A stretch of DNA of 64,000 bases from an uncultured Chloroflexia bacterium (GCA_963755285.1 CAVWJB010000003.1:15005-79004), one strand, 5' to 3'. Positions 36,876-50,904 are shown, counted from the first letter of the stretch. Program-made: numbers and translations. Notes: generated from the sequence alone by a model not told the origin.

Positions 36876-38150
36876 ATGTACGACGTGATCGTGGTCGGGG
36901 CACGCGTCGCCGGCTCGGCGACCGGGATGCTCCTCGCGCGCCGGGGCCTGAAGAGCCTCGTGGTCGACCGGGCAAGCTTCCCGAGCGACACCCTGTCGAC
37001 CCACCAGGTCCAGCTGCCGGGCGTTGCCCGGCTCCAGCGCTGGGGCCTGCTCGACCGGGTCATTGCCGCCGGCACCCCGGCGACGCGACGGGTTCGGTTC
37101 CATGCCGGTTCGCTCGTCCTCGACGGCCACTACCCGGCCTGGGACGGCATCGACGCCCTGTACAGCCCACGCCGGACCGTGCTCGACGCGATCCTCGTCG
37201 GGGCGGCGCGCGAGGCCGGCTGCGAGGTGCGCGAAGGGTTCACCGTCGACGAGCTGGTAGCCGACGGGGACCGGGTCGTCGGGGTACGCGGGCGTGAGCG
37301 CGGCGGCCGGCCGGTCGACGAGCGGGCCCGGCTCGTGATCGGCGCGGACGGCAAGCACTCACTCGTGGCGAAGGCCGTTGGCGCCGTGGCCAGTCACGAG
37401 CAGGCGCCGCTGGCGGTCGCCTACTACACGTACTGGGACGGTGTCCCGACCGATGGCGGCGAGCTGCACTCGGGCCCCCACCGGGCCGTCGGCGTGTGGC
37501 CCACCAACGACGGTCTCGTCATGACCTTCGTCGCGGCGCCGATCGCCGAGTTCGGCGCGTTCCGGGCCAACCCGGAAGGCGAGCTCCTGCGAGCCCTCGA
37601 CGGCACCGGCGAGCTCGGCCAGCGGGTGCGGGCCGGACGCCGGGTCGAGAAGGTCTACGGCAGTGCCGACCTGCCGAATCGGATCCGGGGCCCGTTCGGT
37701 CCCGGCTGGGCGCTGGCCGGCGACGCCGGCCTGGTCATGGATCCGGTGACCGGCCAGGGCATCGGCAACGCGTTTCGCGACGCCGACCTGCTGGCCGACG
37801 CGGTCGAGGACGGGCTCGGCGGGCGGCGCCCGCTCGAGACGGCCCTGGCCGAATTCGAGCGGGAGCGCGACCGGCAGACCCGGCCGATGTACGACTTCAC
37901 GCTCGACCTGGCGGCGTTCGGCCCGCCACGACCGGAGCAGCAGCTCGTCTTCGAGGCGATCGCCCGCCGACCGGCCGACGTCGACCGGTTCCTCGGCGTG
38001 ATGACGGGCAGCGTGCCGATGGACGAGTTCTTCAGCGGACGCAACATGTCGCGCCTGCTCGGGCTCGGCGGGATGGCCCGGATGATCCTGGCCCGCGTCC
38101 GCGCCGGCGCTCAACCCGCGCGACCGGTCGCCGACAGTCGGGGAACCTGA
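36876..38150 (+). CDS. FAD-dependent oxidoreductase / aromatic-ring monooxygenase-like flavoprotein
   Basis: It begins MYDVIVVGARVAGSATGMLLARRGLKSLVVD (GxGxxG dinucleotide fold). It also contains LVIGADGKHS and GWALAGDAGLVMDPVTGQGI (the GD motif). Confidence 0.88.
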   Translation: MYDVIVVGARVAGSATGMLLARRGLKSLVVDRASFPSDTLSTHQVQLPGVARLQRWGLLDRVIAAGTPATRRVRFHAGSLVLDGHYPAWDGIDALYSPRRTVLDAILVGAAREAGCEVREGFTVDELVADGDRVVGVRGRERGGRPVDERARLVIGADGKHSLVAKAVGAVASHEQAPLAVAYYTYWDGVPTDGGELHSGPHRAVGVWPTNDGLVMTFVAAPIAEFGAFRANPEGELLRALDGTGELGQRVRAGRRVEKVYGSADLPNRIRGPFGPGWALAGDAGLVMDPVTGQGIGNAFRDADLLADAVEDGLGGRRPLETALAEFERERDRQTRPMYDFTLDLAAFGPPRPEQQLVFEAIARRPADVDRFLGVMTGSVPMDEFFSGRNMSRLLGLGGMARMILARVRAGAQPARPVADSRGT

Positions 38151-38169
38151 CGAGCCGCCGTCCGTTGCG

Positions 38170-39137
38170 TCAGCGCGACGCGCCGGCGGCCGGATGGGCC
38201 GCGAAGAAGCTGACGATGACCCGCGAGGCCGAGAAGGTCCGGCTCGTCGAGCCGACGATGAGCTTCGGCAGGTACTGGCGACCGCCCGGCCAGGTGTGGC
38301 CGGCACCATCGACCCGGTAGAAGGCGACCTCCGAGCCGGAGCTCCCGTCAAAGCGGGTGATCGTCGTGTCCGGCGCGAGCGTCGAGGCGACCGAAGGACC
38401 GGCCGCGTCGCGCGCGACCCAGCTGGCCACGTGGGCCTCGGCCCCGACGACCGTCCCGCGGCCGCCTCCGAACCCGAGAACCGTGATCGGGCCGCCACCG
38501 AATGGCACGAGCGGGTCCGCCGTGCCGCTGATCACCAGGACCGAGACCGGCCGGCTCGGGTGGCAGCTGGCGGCCGCCTCGACCCCCTGCGTGCCGGCCA
38601 CCTGGCCGATCGCTGCAATCCGGTCAGACAGCTCGCAGGCGAGCCGGCCCGACATGAGGGCGCCATTCGAGATGCCGGTCGCATACACCCGGTCCGGGTC
38701 GACCGGGGTCCGCCCGGTGACGTCGTCGATGACCGCGGACAGGAATGCCACGTCGTCGATCCCGGCTCGAACCTCGGGCCGGCCGTCGTTCCACTGCCGG
38801 TCGACGCCGTTCGGCCGTGCCACGAGCCAGCCGCGGGCGTCGGTCTCGACCTGGAGACCGGTCAGGCGCTCGACATTGTCGGCCGTGCCTCCCCCGCCAT
38901 GGAGCTCGAGCACGAGCGGCCGCGGCCCGGCCGGCGATCGGCCGGGACGTGGAGGATGTAGTCCCGGGATCGACCCCGACCTCGAGCCTGATCCGGTAGT
39001 CGCCGGGCGGTGCGGCCCCGCCGGTGGACGGCCCGACCGACCGACGTTCCCCTGTAGCCGACACAGCCGGTCGCGACGAGGCAGGCCGCCAGGCCGATGG
39101 CGATCGCGCGGAGCGGCAGGACGTGCGGCCGGCTCAT
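38170..39137 (-). pseudogene. PHB-depolymerase-family (LpqC-like) esterase lipoprotein with three frame breaks within ~120 nt
   Basis: ATG 39137 begins MSRPHVLPLRAIAIGLAACLVATGCVGY (lipobox LVATGC). The best reading is …TSVG / GPSTGGAAPPGDYRIRLEVG / GRSRDYILHVPADRRPGR / RPLVLELHGGGGTADNVERLTG…, continuing into track ORF 38170..38913 (GISNGALMS nucleophile elbow GxSxG; GAGHTWPG). The breaks are at about 39033-39040, at the C-run 38974-38977 and at about 38917-38930. Confidence 0.78.
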
Positions 39138-39241
39138 GGCCCGAGCCTCGATCGGCGACGACGACGCGGTCAATGGGGCGAGCGCACGGTACGTAAGGCG
39201 CACGTGAGACGGCGCGCCGAGGGAGACGCCCGCTCAGCGAC

Positions 39242-40985
39242 TCAGGCGTGGACGCGGAAGGTTCGGCTGCTCGTCTTCGTCACGAGCGTGTGACCGTCGA
39301 TCGCGCTCAGGATCCGGATCCGGATCGTGTACTTCCCGAGCCGCCGGCTCGACGAGATCAGGAAGCTCGGCCGGACCGTCACGGTGGAGCCCGCCTTGAA
39401 GTTCCGCGCGGCGTAGGTCCGGTGCAGCGTGAGGGCACCGGTCGGACCGTAGACGTCGACCCGGATCCTGCCCCGCGCACTCAGGGACGGCCTGACCCGG
39501 GTGGTGATCGTCACGCTGTGCCGGCGGGCGACACTCGTCGGGCTCGGAGCGGCGCTCAACCGCCAGGCGACCGGCGTCCCGCCACCGCCACCACCGGCGC
39601 CGCCACCGCCCGAGCCCTCGGCGAGGGTCAGCGCACCGGCCGCATAGTAGGCGGCGGCCCGCTCGTGGAAGAAGCCGCCGTCATCGTCGGCGTTGAGCGA
39701 GGTCCGGGTGTTGTCGTTGATCGCCGGCGGGTTCGTGACGCCGTCGTGCTGCGCGTCGCAGGCGCAGGTGACTCCGACCGCTCCCCCGCCGTACAGGAGC
39801 GCGACCACCCCGGCGTCGCGCCACAGCGCCAGGTGGGTGCCGGTCGAATCGTCGAGGAACCACTCGACCCGGTTGTCCTGGTAGTGACCGGTCGTGTCGT
39901 TCTGGGCGCGCATCTTCGTGTTGCCGAGCGGGATCTGCCAGACGACCGACGCGCTTGCCCGAGCCGGCGACGAAGCCGGCGATGAACCGGGCGTAACGGA
40001 CGAAGTCGGCCTCGTCCCACCAGGCTGCGCCACCGTCCTTCGGATCGACGAGACGCTTGTAATCGGCGTCCCGATCGGCGATATCGGTGAAGGCGATGTC
40101 GAACGACGCGCCGAGCGACTGGTAGAAGCTCGCTGCTCTCGCGGCCAGCGCATCGACCTCGGCGTTCGAGTTGTTCGACAGGCTGATGTCCCAGTTCGTG
40201 CCCCAGACCGACAGGTGGTAGGCCAGGATCACGTTCGGGGCGAGCTGGTCGCGCAGCCGGACGATCGCGCGGGCGAAGCCCGAGGCGTTGTTCGGGAGGT
40301 CGCCCAGGGCCGGATCACCCGAGCTGGCGACCGAGGCCGGGACGGTCGTCGCGTCGTCGCCGGTCCCGGTCTGCTGCTCGATGTAGCCCCACAGGTCCGG
40401 CTCGACGTGGAGGATCACCGGGGTCGAGCCGGCGGCACGGGCGAAGAACAGCCTGAGATCGTTGTAATAGGCTGCCATGGTGGTGTGATTGGCGAGGTGG
40501 GACAGGTCCCGCGCCTTCTCGTCGCCACCGACCACCGGGTTCGACTGGAGCAGCTGGTAATACGGGAAGACGGGGACGACGTGGTTGGCGACCGAGTCCG
40601 CCACGTAGTAGGTGACGAACGCGCCATTCGTGTTCCAGGTCGCCCAGCCGTTGCCCGTGTTGACCCCGCCGGCGAGGTACTGGTAGCGGAACCCGAACGG
40701 GGCCTTGGCGTGGAGCGCGGCCGCCCCGCCCGGTGAGTCGGCCAGACCGAGCTCGAAGTGGCTCGAAGGCCAGCCCGAAGGCAGTGCCGGGAGCGCCGGC
40801 GGCGAGCCCAGCGTCGTCGGTCGGGACGGGCCGGCGGAGTCGACCAAGGGCCTGCTCGGATGGTCGACGCGAGTGGGCCCGTTCGCTCCGAGCACGGGCC
40901 CACCGGCCTGGACGAGCGTGCCCGCACAGACGGCGATGACGGCCATCGCGACGAGGAGCAGGCGGGTCGGTCGGGTCGAGATCAT
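39242..40985 (-). CDS. secreted protein, possibly glycoside-hydrolase-like, with a Gly-rich linker and a C-terminal beta-sandwich domain; one frame break as sequenced
   Basis: ORF 39681..40985 begins MISTRPTRLLLVAMAVIAVCAGTLVQA (signal peptide). It continues …FGFRYQYLAGGVNTGNGWATWNTNGAFVTYYV…VILHVEPDLWGYIEQQ… and is credible up to FIAGFVAGSGKRV. ORF 39242..40153 then continues VVWQIPLGNTKMRAQNDTTGHYQDNRVEWFLDD…GGGGAGGGGGG…YTIRIRILSAIDGHTLV…. There is an extra base at about 39946-39950. The family is not recognised with certainty. Confidence 0.65.
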
Positions 40986-41312
40986 CGGTGGTGCAGCGGA
41001 TCGTCTCCGATGCGACCCCGGAAGTCACTCCCTCGCACGTCCCGCGACCAGCCGTACCTTGGGCGTTGCGGCCGGTCACCCGATCCGGCCCGCCGGGTAC
41101 CATCTGGCTGCGGACCGCCCGACCCAGGCCCGCGCGTCAGGAGGATCGCACCACGGTGAGCGACAGCCGCGAGGACCAGTTGCAACGACGGTCCCGAGCT
41201 GACCGGCACTCCCCCCGCGTCCGACGCGTCCGAGCCACCGGCCCTGACCGAGACGAAGCCGCCGAGTCGACGCGCCGCGATCCTGCGGATTGGCCTCGTC
41301 TTCGGGGTCCTC

Positions 41313-42348
41313 GTGGTGATCTTCGGCATCATCATGCCCCGGTTCATCGACTACCAGCAGGTCATCAACTCGCTCCAGGGGCTCACCGTCCAGGACCTGC
41401 TCGTGGTCAGCGTGTTCGGGCTCATCGCCTGGGTCCTGACCGGGGCGATCTTCGCGGCGCTCATCGCGGGTCTCGGCGTCATTCGCGGGACCGAGGGGTA
41501 CCTGATCCTCACCGGGATCGGTGCGAGCATCCCGCTCGGACCGTGGAACATGGCCGTGCTGTGGGTGGTCATCCGGGGCTGGGGCCGGTCCGCCCAGGCC
41601 ACGACCGGGGGCGTGCTTCTGTACGGGATCTTCGATCAGCTCAGCCGGTTCGGACTGCTCGTCATTGCCGGCGTCGTGCTCGTGATCGCCGAGGGGCTGA
41701 ACCGTGGCGTGTCGGTGGCGACCGGGGTGATCGTCGGTTGCCTGGTCGTCGGGCTCGGGCTGTTCGTCCTGCTCGGCGGCGGGCTCATCCTCGTCGTTCG
41801 CTCGGAACGGCTGGCTCGGAAGATTGGCCGGCTCGTCGAACGCGCGGCCGGCGCGGTCCTCCACCGACTCGGGCGAACCAAGGTCCCCGACATCGAGGGC
41901 AGCCTGGTGCAGATTCCGGCTGACCCTCGGCGACACCGTCCGCTCGCGTGGGCTCGTCGCGTTCATCGTGGCGATGGCCTCGAAGCTCGCCTGGGCGCTG
42001 CTGATGGTCGTGTCGATGCGGCTCGTCGGGGTGTCGGACAAGGAGCTCCCGGCAGCCGTGATCCTCGGCGGCGTTGCGGTCGTGTTCGTGATCACCGTCC
42101 TGCCGATCTCGCCGGGTGGCGCGGGTGTGCCCGAGCTCCTCTACGTGTCGATCTACACGACCTACACGGGCGGCGCGGACAGCTCGGCGATCACGGCCGG
42201 GGTGTTCCTGTTCCGGGCGTTCCAGTGGGCCCTGCCGATCCCGCTGGCCTGGATCCTGCTCTGGTTCTCGCGGCGCGGCAAGCCACTCCTGCCGACGAGG
42301 GCCGAGTTTCGGAGCGAGGACCAGGCAGTGAGCCCGGTCGCCGTCTAG
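41313..42348 (+). CDS. flippase-like / lysylphosphatidylglycerol-synthase-TM-region (UPF0104-like) membrane protein; one frame break and an uncertain N-terminus
   Basis: ORF 41313.. is credible up to VPDIEGSLV. ORF 41824..42348 is credible from FRLTLGDTVRSRGLVAFIVAMASKLAW… and contains LPISPGGAGVPELLYV, typical of the family. The shift is at about 41908-41914. The frame is open and plausible back to 41160. A GTG at 41156 behind AGGAGG lies in another frame and could be joined through the C-run at about 41211-41216. Confidence 0.6.
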
Positions 42349-42436
42349 ACCGACCCCGCCGGCCGCCCGTGAGGCTGGCCGCGGCGCCGACCGCGCGTCC
42401 GAGCTCGCCCGATGACAGCCCTGCTACCCTCGTGGG

Positions 42437-43261
42437 GTGGAGCGCTTCGTCGAGGTCCCCGGCGGGCGGCTGTTCGTGGTCGACGACGGCGACGGCCGGC
42501 CGATCGTGCTGGTCCACGCCGGGATCGCCGATCACCGGGCCTGGGACGGGATGATCTCGGGACTCGTCACAGCCGGCTTCCGGGCCATCCGCTACGACAC
42601 CCGGAGCTTCGGCCGGTCGACGACCGAGGATGTCGAGTTCAGCAACCGGAGCGACCTCGTCGCGATCCTCGATGCGTTCAGAATCGGACGGGCCGTCCTC
42701 GTCGGGAACAGTCGCGGTGGGCAGATCGCGTTCGACACGGCGATCGAGTTCCCGGACCGGGTCGCCGCCGTCGTCGGGGTCGGCGCCGGGGTCGGTGGCC
42801 TCGAGGGCACGCTGACCCCGCTCGAGATCGCGCTGTTCGACGAGATGGAAGGGCTCGAGCAGGCCGAGCCGCAGGACGCCGACGCGATCGCCGAGATGGA
42901 CGTCCGGGTCTGGGTCGATGGTCCCGGCCAGCCGGCCGACCGGGTCCCGCTCCCGATCCGCGAGGCGGTCCGGGCGATGGATCGACCGCAGTACGAGGCC
43001 GGCCACGTCTACGGGCAGCCGATCGTCCTGAGGCCGCCGGCGGCCGAGCGGCTGGCGGAGCTGCGCTGTCCGGTCCTGGCGGTCGCGGGTGCCCTCGACG
43101 TGTCGGACGTCGCCGAGACCGCCCGCCACCTCGCGGCGAATGCGCCGAATGCGCGTGCCGTGATCCTCCCGGATGTCGCCCACATGATCGGGATGGAGGC
43201 TCCGGACCGGCTCAACGCGCTGATCGTCGACTTCGTCCGTCCGCTCGGAGCCTGGAGCTAG
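42437..43261 (+). CDS. alpha/beta hydrolase fold protein
   Basis: It contains PIVLVHAGIADHRAW and the nucleophile elbow VLVGNSRGG (GxSxG), with His in PDVAHMIGME near the C-terminus. Confidence 0.9.
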   Translation: MERFVEVPGGRLFVVDDGDGRPIVLVHAGIADHRAWDGMISGLVTAGFRAIRYDTRSFGRSTTEDVEFSNRSDLVAILDAFRIGRAVLVGNSRGGQIAFDTAIEFPDRVAAVVGVGAGVGGLEGTLTPLEIALFDEMEGLEQAEPQDADAIAEMDVRVWVDGPGQPADRVPLPIREAVRAMDRPQYEAGHVYGQPIVLRPPAAERLAELRCPVLAVAGALDVSDVAETARHLAANAPNARAVILPDVAHMIGMEAPDRLNALIVDFVRPLGAWS

Positions 43262-43360
43262 CCGCCCGGACGTACCGCTCGGCTCGGCCCCTGGGCACCC
43301 CGCCCGGCGACGCTGCAGGGATCGATCCTCCCCGTCGGCTTCCACTGACCCCAACGGCGC

Positions 43361-43405
43361 TTGACAGCTGGCTGTATCGCGATATATCGTGATGCCACGC
43401 GATAC
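43361..43405 (+). promoter_or_regulatory. candidate promoter and nested AT-containing palindromes upstream of the PadR gene
   Basis: TTGACA is at 43361-43366. The -10 candidates are TATATC (43383-43388) and TATCGT (43385-43390). There is a perfect palindrome TATCGCGATA at 43375-43384 and an outer inverted repeat GTATCGCG (43374-43381) / CGCGATAC (43398-43405). Confidence 0.45.
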
Positions 43406-43441
43406 GAAGACTCGCGAACCACTCAGAAGGAACGAGAGACC

Positions 43442-44107
43442 ATGAACGACCATTTCCACCACAGCGATGACCGGCCCGGCCATCGGCCCGACGCGGGCGA
43501 CCTGCGGGCCACTCGCAACCTGCGACGCCACCATCACCGTGAGCGCGGTCCGCGAGCCCAGCGGGGCGACTTCGGACCGGGCTTCGGGCGCGGCTTCGGG
43601 CTCCCCTTCGGGCCGGGCTTCACCATGGGTCGCGGCCGTCGGGCGGGAATCCGCCGCGGCGACGTCCGATCGGCGATCCTCACCCTGCTCGCCGAGGCCC
43701 CGATGCACGGCTACCAGATCATGCAGCTGCTCGCCGAGCGGAGCGGCGGCATCTGGCAGCCGAGCGCGGGCTCCATCTACCCGACCCTCCAGCAGCTCGA
43801 GGACGAGGGCCTCGTGACGAGCGCCGAGCAGGACGGACGTCGCGTGTTCAGCCTGACCGAGTCCGGACGGGCCAGCGCCGCCGAGCAGGCGAAGCGCGGA
43901 ACCGCCCCCTGGGAGATGGCCGGCGCCGACGAGGCCGCCGACATGCGCTCGCTCCTGGTCGGGTTCGTCGTGGCCTTCCGCCAGGCGGCATCGAGCACCT
44001 CGCCGGAGACGCTCGCGGCCACCCGCAAGATCGTGACCGAGGCCCGGCGCGATCTCTACCGCCTCCTCGCCGACGAGGACTCGAGCGCCGGCGCGGCGGA
44101 CGACTGA
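43442..44107 (+). CDS. PadR family transcriptional regulator with a His/Arg/Gly-rich N-terminal extension
   Basis: ATG 43442 begins MNDHFHHSDDRPGHRP…GFGRGFGLPFGPGF…. The PadR winged helix follows: GDVRSAILTLLAEAPMHGYQIMQLLAERSGGIWQPSAGSIYPTLQQLEDEGLV. Confidence 0.9.
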   Translation: MNDHFHHSDDRPGHRPDAGDLRATRNLRRHHHRERGPRAQRGDFGPGFGRGFGLPFGPGFTMGRGRRAGIRRGDVRSAILTLLAEAPMHGYQIMQLLAERSGGIWQPSAGSIYPTLQQLEDEGLVTSAEQDGRRVFSLTESGRASAAEQAKRGTAPWEMAGADEAADMRSLLVGFVVAFRQAASSTSPETLAATRKIVTEARRDLYRLLADEDSSAGAADD

Positions 44108-44113
44108 CGGTCG

Positions 44114-46336
44114 CTAGACCGCCTCGAGGACGAACAGCCGCGCCCAGAAGTCGCCCCGGGCCGCGGCCTCGTCCCGGTCGGTGGCCAGCAGCAGCCCGGC
44201 CGACATGAGGTCGTCGCCGCCGCGGACCAGCGCGTTCTGGCGCTCGAGACCGTCGCCGGTCGACGGCCAGAGCGAGACGCGGTAGTCGATCGCCGGGTCG
44301 AGCCCGCGGAGGCGGAGCCGGTCCGGACCGGGGACCGGCCGGTTGAGGACCCGGTACAGCCCGACGATGGCCTGTCGTCGATCGGCGGCGACGCTCATCC
44401 AGGCGGTCTCGTTGCCGTCGCCGGCGAACGGGCTCCGCAGCCGGACGAAGCGCCCGAACTGGATGAGCTCGCGCTGGCTCTTGAAGAAGGCGATCTGGTC
44501 GCCGACGAGGCGCCGCTCGTCGGCCGTGAGCGTCGTCGGGTCGAGCTCGTAGCCGAATGCTCCGAAGAAGGCGACCGCCGCCCGCGTCGCGAGCGGCGTG
44601 ACCCGGCCGACCTGGTGGTTCGGGACGGCGGCCACGTGGGCGCCCATCGAGCTGACCGGGTAGGCCAGCGACGTGCCCCACTGGATCTTCAGGCGCTCGA
44701 TCGCGTCGGTGTCGTCGCTCGTCCAGGCCTGCGGCGCATAGGCCATGAGACCCGGATCGAACCGCCCGCCGCCCCCGGCGCACGATTCGAACAGGATGTC
44801 CGGGAACGCCTCGGTCAGTCGCCGATAGAGCTCGTAGACGCCGAGGATGTAGCGGTGGAAGAACTCGCCCTGGCGGTCGGCGGGGAGGGCCACGCTGTAC
44901 GGCTCGGTGATGTTCCGGTTCATGTCCCACTTGACGTAGGACACGGGGGCACTCCCGAGCACGTCCGACAGGACCCCGAACAGGTGGTCGACGACCTCCG
45001 GCCGCGACATGTCGAGCACGAGCTGCTGGCGGCTCTCGGTTCGCGGCCGGCCCGGGACGCCGATCGCCCAGTCCGGGTGCTCGGCGAACAGCCGGCTCTC
45101 CTGGCTGACCATCTCGGGCTCGATCCATAGCCCGAACCGCAGCCCGAGCGCCTCGATCCTGCGGGCGAGCCCGTCGACCCCGTTGGGCAGCTTGCGCCGG
45201 TCGACGAACCAGTCGCCGAGCGAGGTGGTGTCGTCGTCGCGCGCCCCGAACCAGCCGTCGTCGAGGACGAACAGCTCGACGCCGAGATCGCGCGCCGCCG
45301 TCGCCATCTCGATCAGCTTCGGCTCGTCGAAGTCGAAGTACGTCCCCTCCCAGTTGTTGATGAGCACCGGTCGCGGTCGATCGCGCCAGCGACCCCGCGC
45401 GAGGCGCTCGCGGAACAAGCCGTGATAGGCGTCGCTCAGCTCGCCGAGCCCGTCCGCCGCGTAGGCCAGCACGGCCTCGGGCACGACGAACGCCTCACCC
45501 GGCTCGAGGCGCCAGGCGAAGCCCTCCGGGGCGATCCCGAGCCGGACCCGGGTCGTCGACAGCGGGTCCACCTCCGCCTCGGCCAGGAAGTTGCCCGAGT
45601 AGACGAGGCTGAAGCCGTAGGCCTCGCCGGCGTCCTCGGTCGTCGTGGGGCGGCGAAGGACGACGAACGGGTTCTGCTGGTGGCTCGACGCCCCGCGCAG
45701 GCTCGACACCGATTGGCTGCCCGGCGCCAGGGTGCGTTCGACGACGTGGCGCTCGCGGGCCCAGGTCCCGCTCAGCTGGACGAACAGCCAGTCGGAATCG
45801 GGCAGGTCCAGGCTGGCCGACATCGCACAGGTCACGTCGAGGGGGGCCGGCCCGCCGTTGCGGATCGTCGCGCTCCGAACCACCACGGGCCAGTCGCGGA
45901 AGATCGTGTAGCGCAGCGTCAGCTCGGTGCCGCTCGGCTCGTCGGCGAGCGCGATCTCGACGGTGTCGGCCTCGGCGTCGGTCTCGACGTAGGTCGACGG
46001 CAGCCCGGTCAGGGCCGGCTTGCCGGCCGAGATCCGATGGCGGACGTAACGCAGATCGAGGATCCGGGCGCCGTCGGGCGTCTCGATCGTCAACGCCGGC
46101 ACCCGGAAGTCGCCGGTGCCGGCGGTCGGGTACTCGAGCGCGACCGGATCGCCGACCCGGTTCGAGAAGCCGTGGAACGGGCCGAGCCCGAGATGCGCGT
46201 ACGACCGGCCGGTCGCGAGCCGCCGCCCGAAGTAGAGCTGGCCCAGCGCGCCCTTCTCGCGGACCCGGACCAGGTAGCTGATCCGCTCGTTGTGGAGGTG
46301 GAGCTGGCGAGCCTCGGGGTCCCAGTCGATCGGCAC
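44114..46336 (-). CDS. GH36 alpha-galactosidase
   Basis: The 740-aa ORF contains …NNWEGTYFDFDEPKL…FVLDDGWFGARDDDTTSLGDW…FGLWIEPEMV…YVKWDMNR…ESCAGGGGRFD, which are GH36 (AgaA/MelA-type) hallmarks. Confidence 0.95.
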   Translation of the reverse strand: MPIDWDPEARQLHLHNERISYLVRVREKGALGQLYFGRRLATGRSYAHLGLGPFHGFSNRVGDPVALEYPTAGTGDFRVPALTIETPDGARILDLRYVRHRISAGKPALTGLPSTYVETDAEADTVEIALADEPSGTELTLRYTIFRDWPVVVRSATIRNGGPAPLDVTCAMSASLDLPDSDWLFVQLSGTWARERHVVERTLAPGSQSVSSLRGASSHQQNPFVVLRRPTTTEDAGEAYGFSLVYSGNFLAEAEVDPLSTTRVRLGIAPEGFAWRLEPGEAFVVPEAVLAYAADGLGELSDAYHGLFRERLARGRWRDRPRPVLINNWEGTYFDFDEPKLIEMATAARDLGVELFVLDDGWFGARDDDTTSLGDWFVDRRKLPNGVDGLARRIEALGLRFGLWIEPEMVSQESRLFAEHPDWAIGVPGRPRTESRQQLVLDMSRPEVVDHLFGVLSDVLGSAPVSYVKWDMNRNITEPYSVALPADRQGEFFHRYILGVYELYRRLTEAFPDILFESCAGGGGRFDPGLMAYAPQAWTSDDTDAIERLKIQWGTSLAYPVSSMGAHVAAVPNHQVGRVTPLATRAAVAFFGAFGYELDPTTLTADERRLVGDQIAFFKSQRELIQFGRFVRLRSPFAGDGNETAWMSVAADRRQAIVGLYRVLNRPVPGPDRLRLRGLDPAIDYRVSLWPSTGDGLERQNALVRGGDDLMSAGLLLATDRDEAAARGDFWARLFVLEAV

Positions 46337-46339
46337 GGG

Positions 46340-49411
<3,072 letters not shown>

Positions 49412-50743
49412 ATGCCCGACAGCGACCGACCGCTCCCGCTCCCCACCGACCCCGACCGGCTCCCGACGTCGTATCGGGCGCTGCTCGAGGTGCCGACCCT
49501 CGGCCGGATCCTCGTCGCGACCCAGATCGCCCGGATCGCCCAGGCGATGGTCGGCGTGGCGCTCGTCCTGTTCACCCTCCAGGAGTTCGGCTCGCCCCAG
49601 CTGGCCGGGATCGTGACCTTCTTCGCCCTGTTCCCGGGTCTCGTCGTCAGCCCGATCATCGGGGCGCTCCTCGATCGTCACGGACGCACGCGGCTCATCC
49701 TGCTCGACTACGTGGTCGAGCTCTGCGCGCTGTCGCTGATCGGTGGGCTCGCCCTGGCCGACGCGCTGCCGGCCCACGTCCTGATCATCATCGCGACGAT
49801 CGCCTCGTTCACCGGGATCCTGAGCCACACGGGCCTGCGCAGCCTGTTCCCGATCCTCGTCCCCCGCCACCTGTGGGAACGGGTCAACGCGGTCGACTCG
49901 AACGGCTACGTGATCGGCTCGATCATCGGTCCGCCGCTGGCCGCGGGGCTCGTGGCGGCGTTCGGCGGCGCGGTCGCCCTGATCCTGACCGGGTTCGCCT
50001 TCGGGTTGGCGGCGATCGCGATGATCGGCGTCCCGGACCCGGCGACGGAGACGGTCTCGAGCGGCCGGATCCTCGTCGACGCCTGGCAGGGGCTCGTCTA
50101 CTGGTGGCGCAACCGGACCCTCCGGGGACTCGGCTTCGCGATCACGGTCCAGAACGTCGCCTGGGGGATCCAGACGATCGTGATCCCGCTCATCGTGCTC
50201 AACGTCCTCCATGCCGGTGAGCTCGCGGTCGGGATCGTGTTCGCCCTGTCGGGCGTGTCCGGGATGGTCTCGGCGCTCGCCTTCGGCCGGGTCGACAGCC
50301 GTGGCCGCGAGTGGCGAATGCTCGTCCTGCCGATGTTCGCGATCGCGCCCGCCTACGCGCTCATGCTGCCGGTCGCGGCCGGGTTGGTGCCGACGTCGGC
50401 CGGGTTCGCCCTGCTCGCGACCGCCAGCCTCGTCGTGGGCCTGCTGATCGGGCCGATCGACATCGCCCTGTTCACCGTCCGCCAGCGGCGCACGGACCCG
50501 GCCTGGATGGGCCGCGCGTTCGCGGTATCGATGTCGGCGAACTTCATGGGCTTCCCGATCGGCGCCGCGATCGGCGGGGCGCTCGCCGCGATCTCGCTGC
50601 CCGGCGCGGTCCTGACCGGAGTCGCGATGCTCGTCCTCGGGGCGACGCTCGGGGCCCTGATGGTCCCGCAGGCCGATCCGGGGATCAGCCCGGACGGGAG
50701 AACAGGTAGAGCGACCAGCCCAGGGTCGATCGACCCCAGCTGA
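49412..50743 (+). CDS. MFS transporter
   Basis: Only the last 443 codons of the 1773-aa track ORF 45422..50743 are credible. From ATG 49412 it reads MPDSDRPLPLP…LGRILVATQIARIAQAMVGVALVLF…, followed by about 12 TM helices. Confidence 0.88.
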   Translation: MPDSDRPLPLPTDPDRLPTSYRALLEVPTLGRILVATQIARIAQAMVGVALVLFTLQEFGSPQLAGIVTFFALFPGLVVSPIIGALLDRHGRTRLILLDYVVELCALSLIGGLALADALPAHVLIIIATIASFTGILSHTGLRSLFPILVPRHLWERVNAVDSNGYVIGSIIGPPLAAGLVAAFGGAVALILTGFAFGLAAIAMIGVPDPATETVSSGRILVDAWQGLVYWWRNRTLRGLGFAITVQNVAWGIQTIVIPLIVLNVLHAGELAVGIVFALSGVSGMVSALAFGRVDSRGREWRMLVLPMFAIAPAYALMLPVAAGLVPTSAGFALLATASLVVGLLIGPIDIALFTVRQRRTDPAWMGRAFAVSMSANFMGFPIGAAIGGALAAISLPGAVLTGVAMLVLGATLGALMVPQADPGISPDGRTGRATSPGSIDPS

Positions 50744-50904
50744 GGTACTCGCGCCGGGCACGTGCCTGGCGCTCGACGATCTCCGGTACGTCGGTTCAGC
50801 CGGGACCGTGCCGGCAGTGTCGCACGCGGGACTGGCCCCATGGTCCCGGTGACCGACCCCGGACCCACGTCGACTTGCCTTCCCCGGCGCGCAGCGGTCA
50901 CCCT

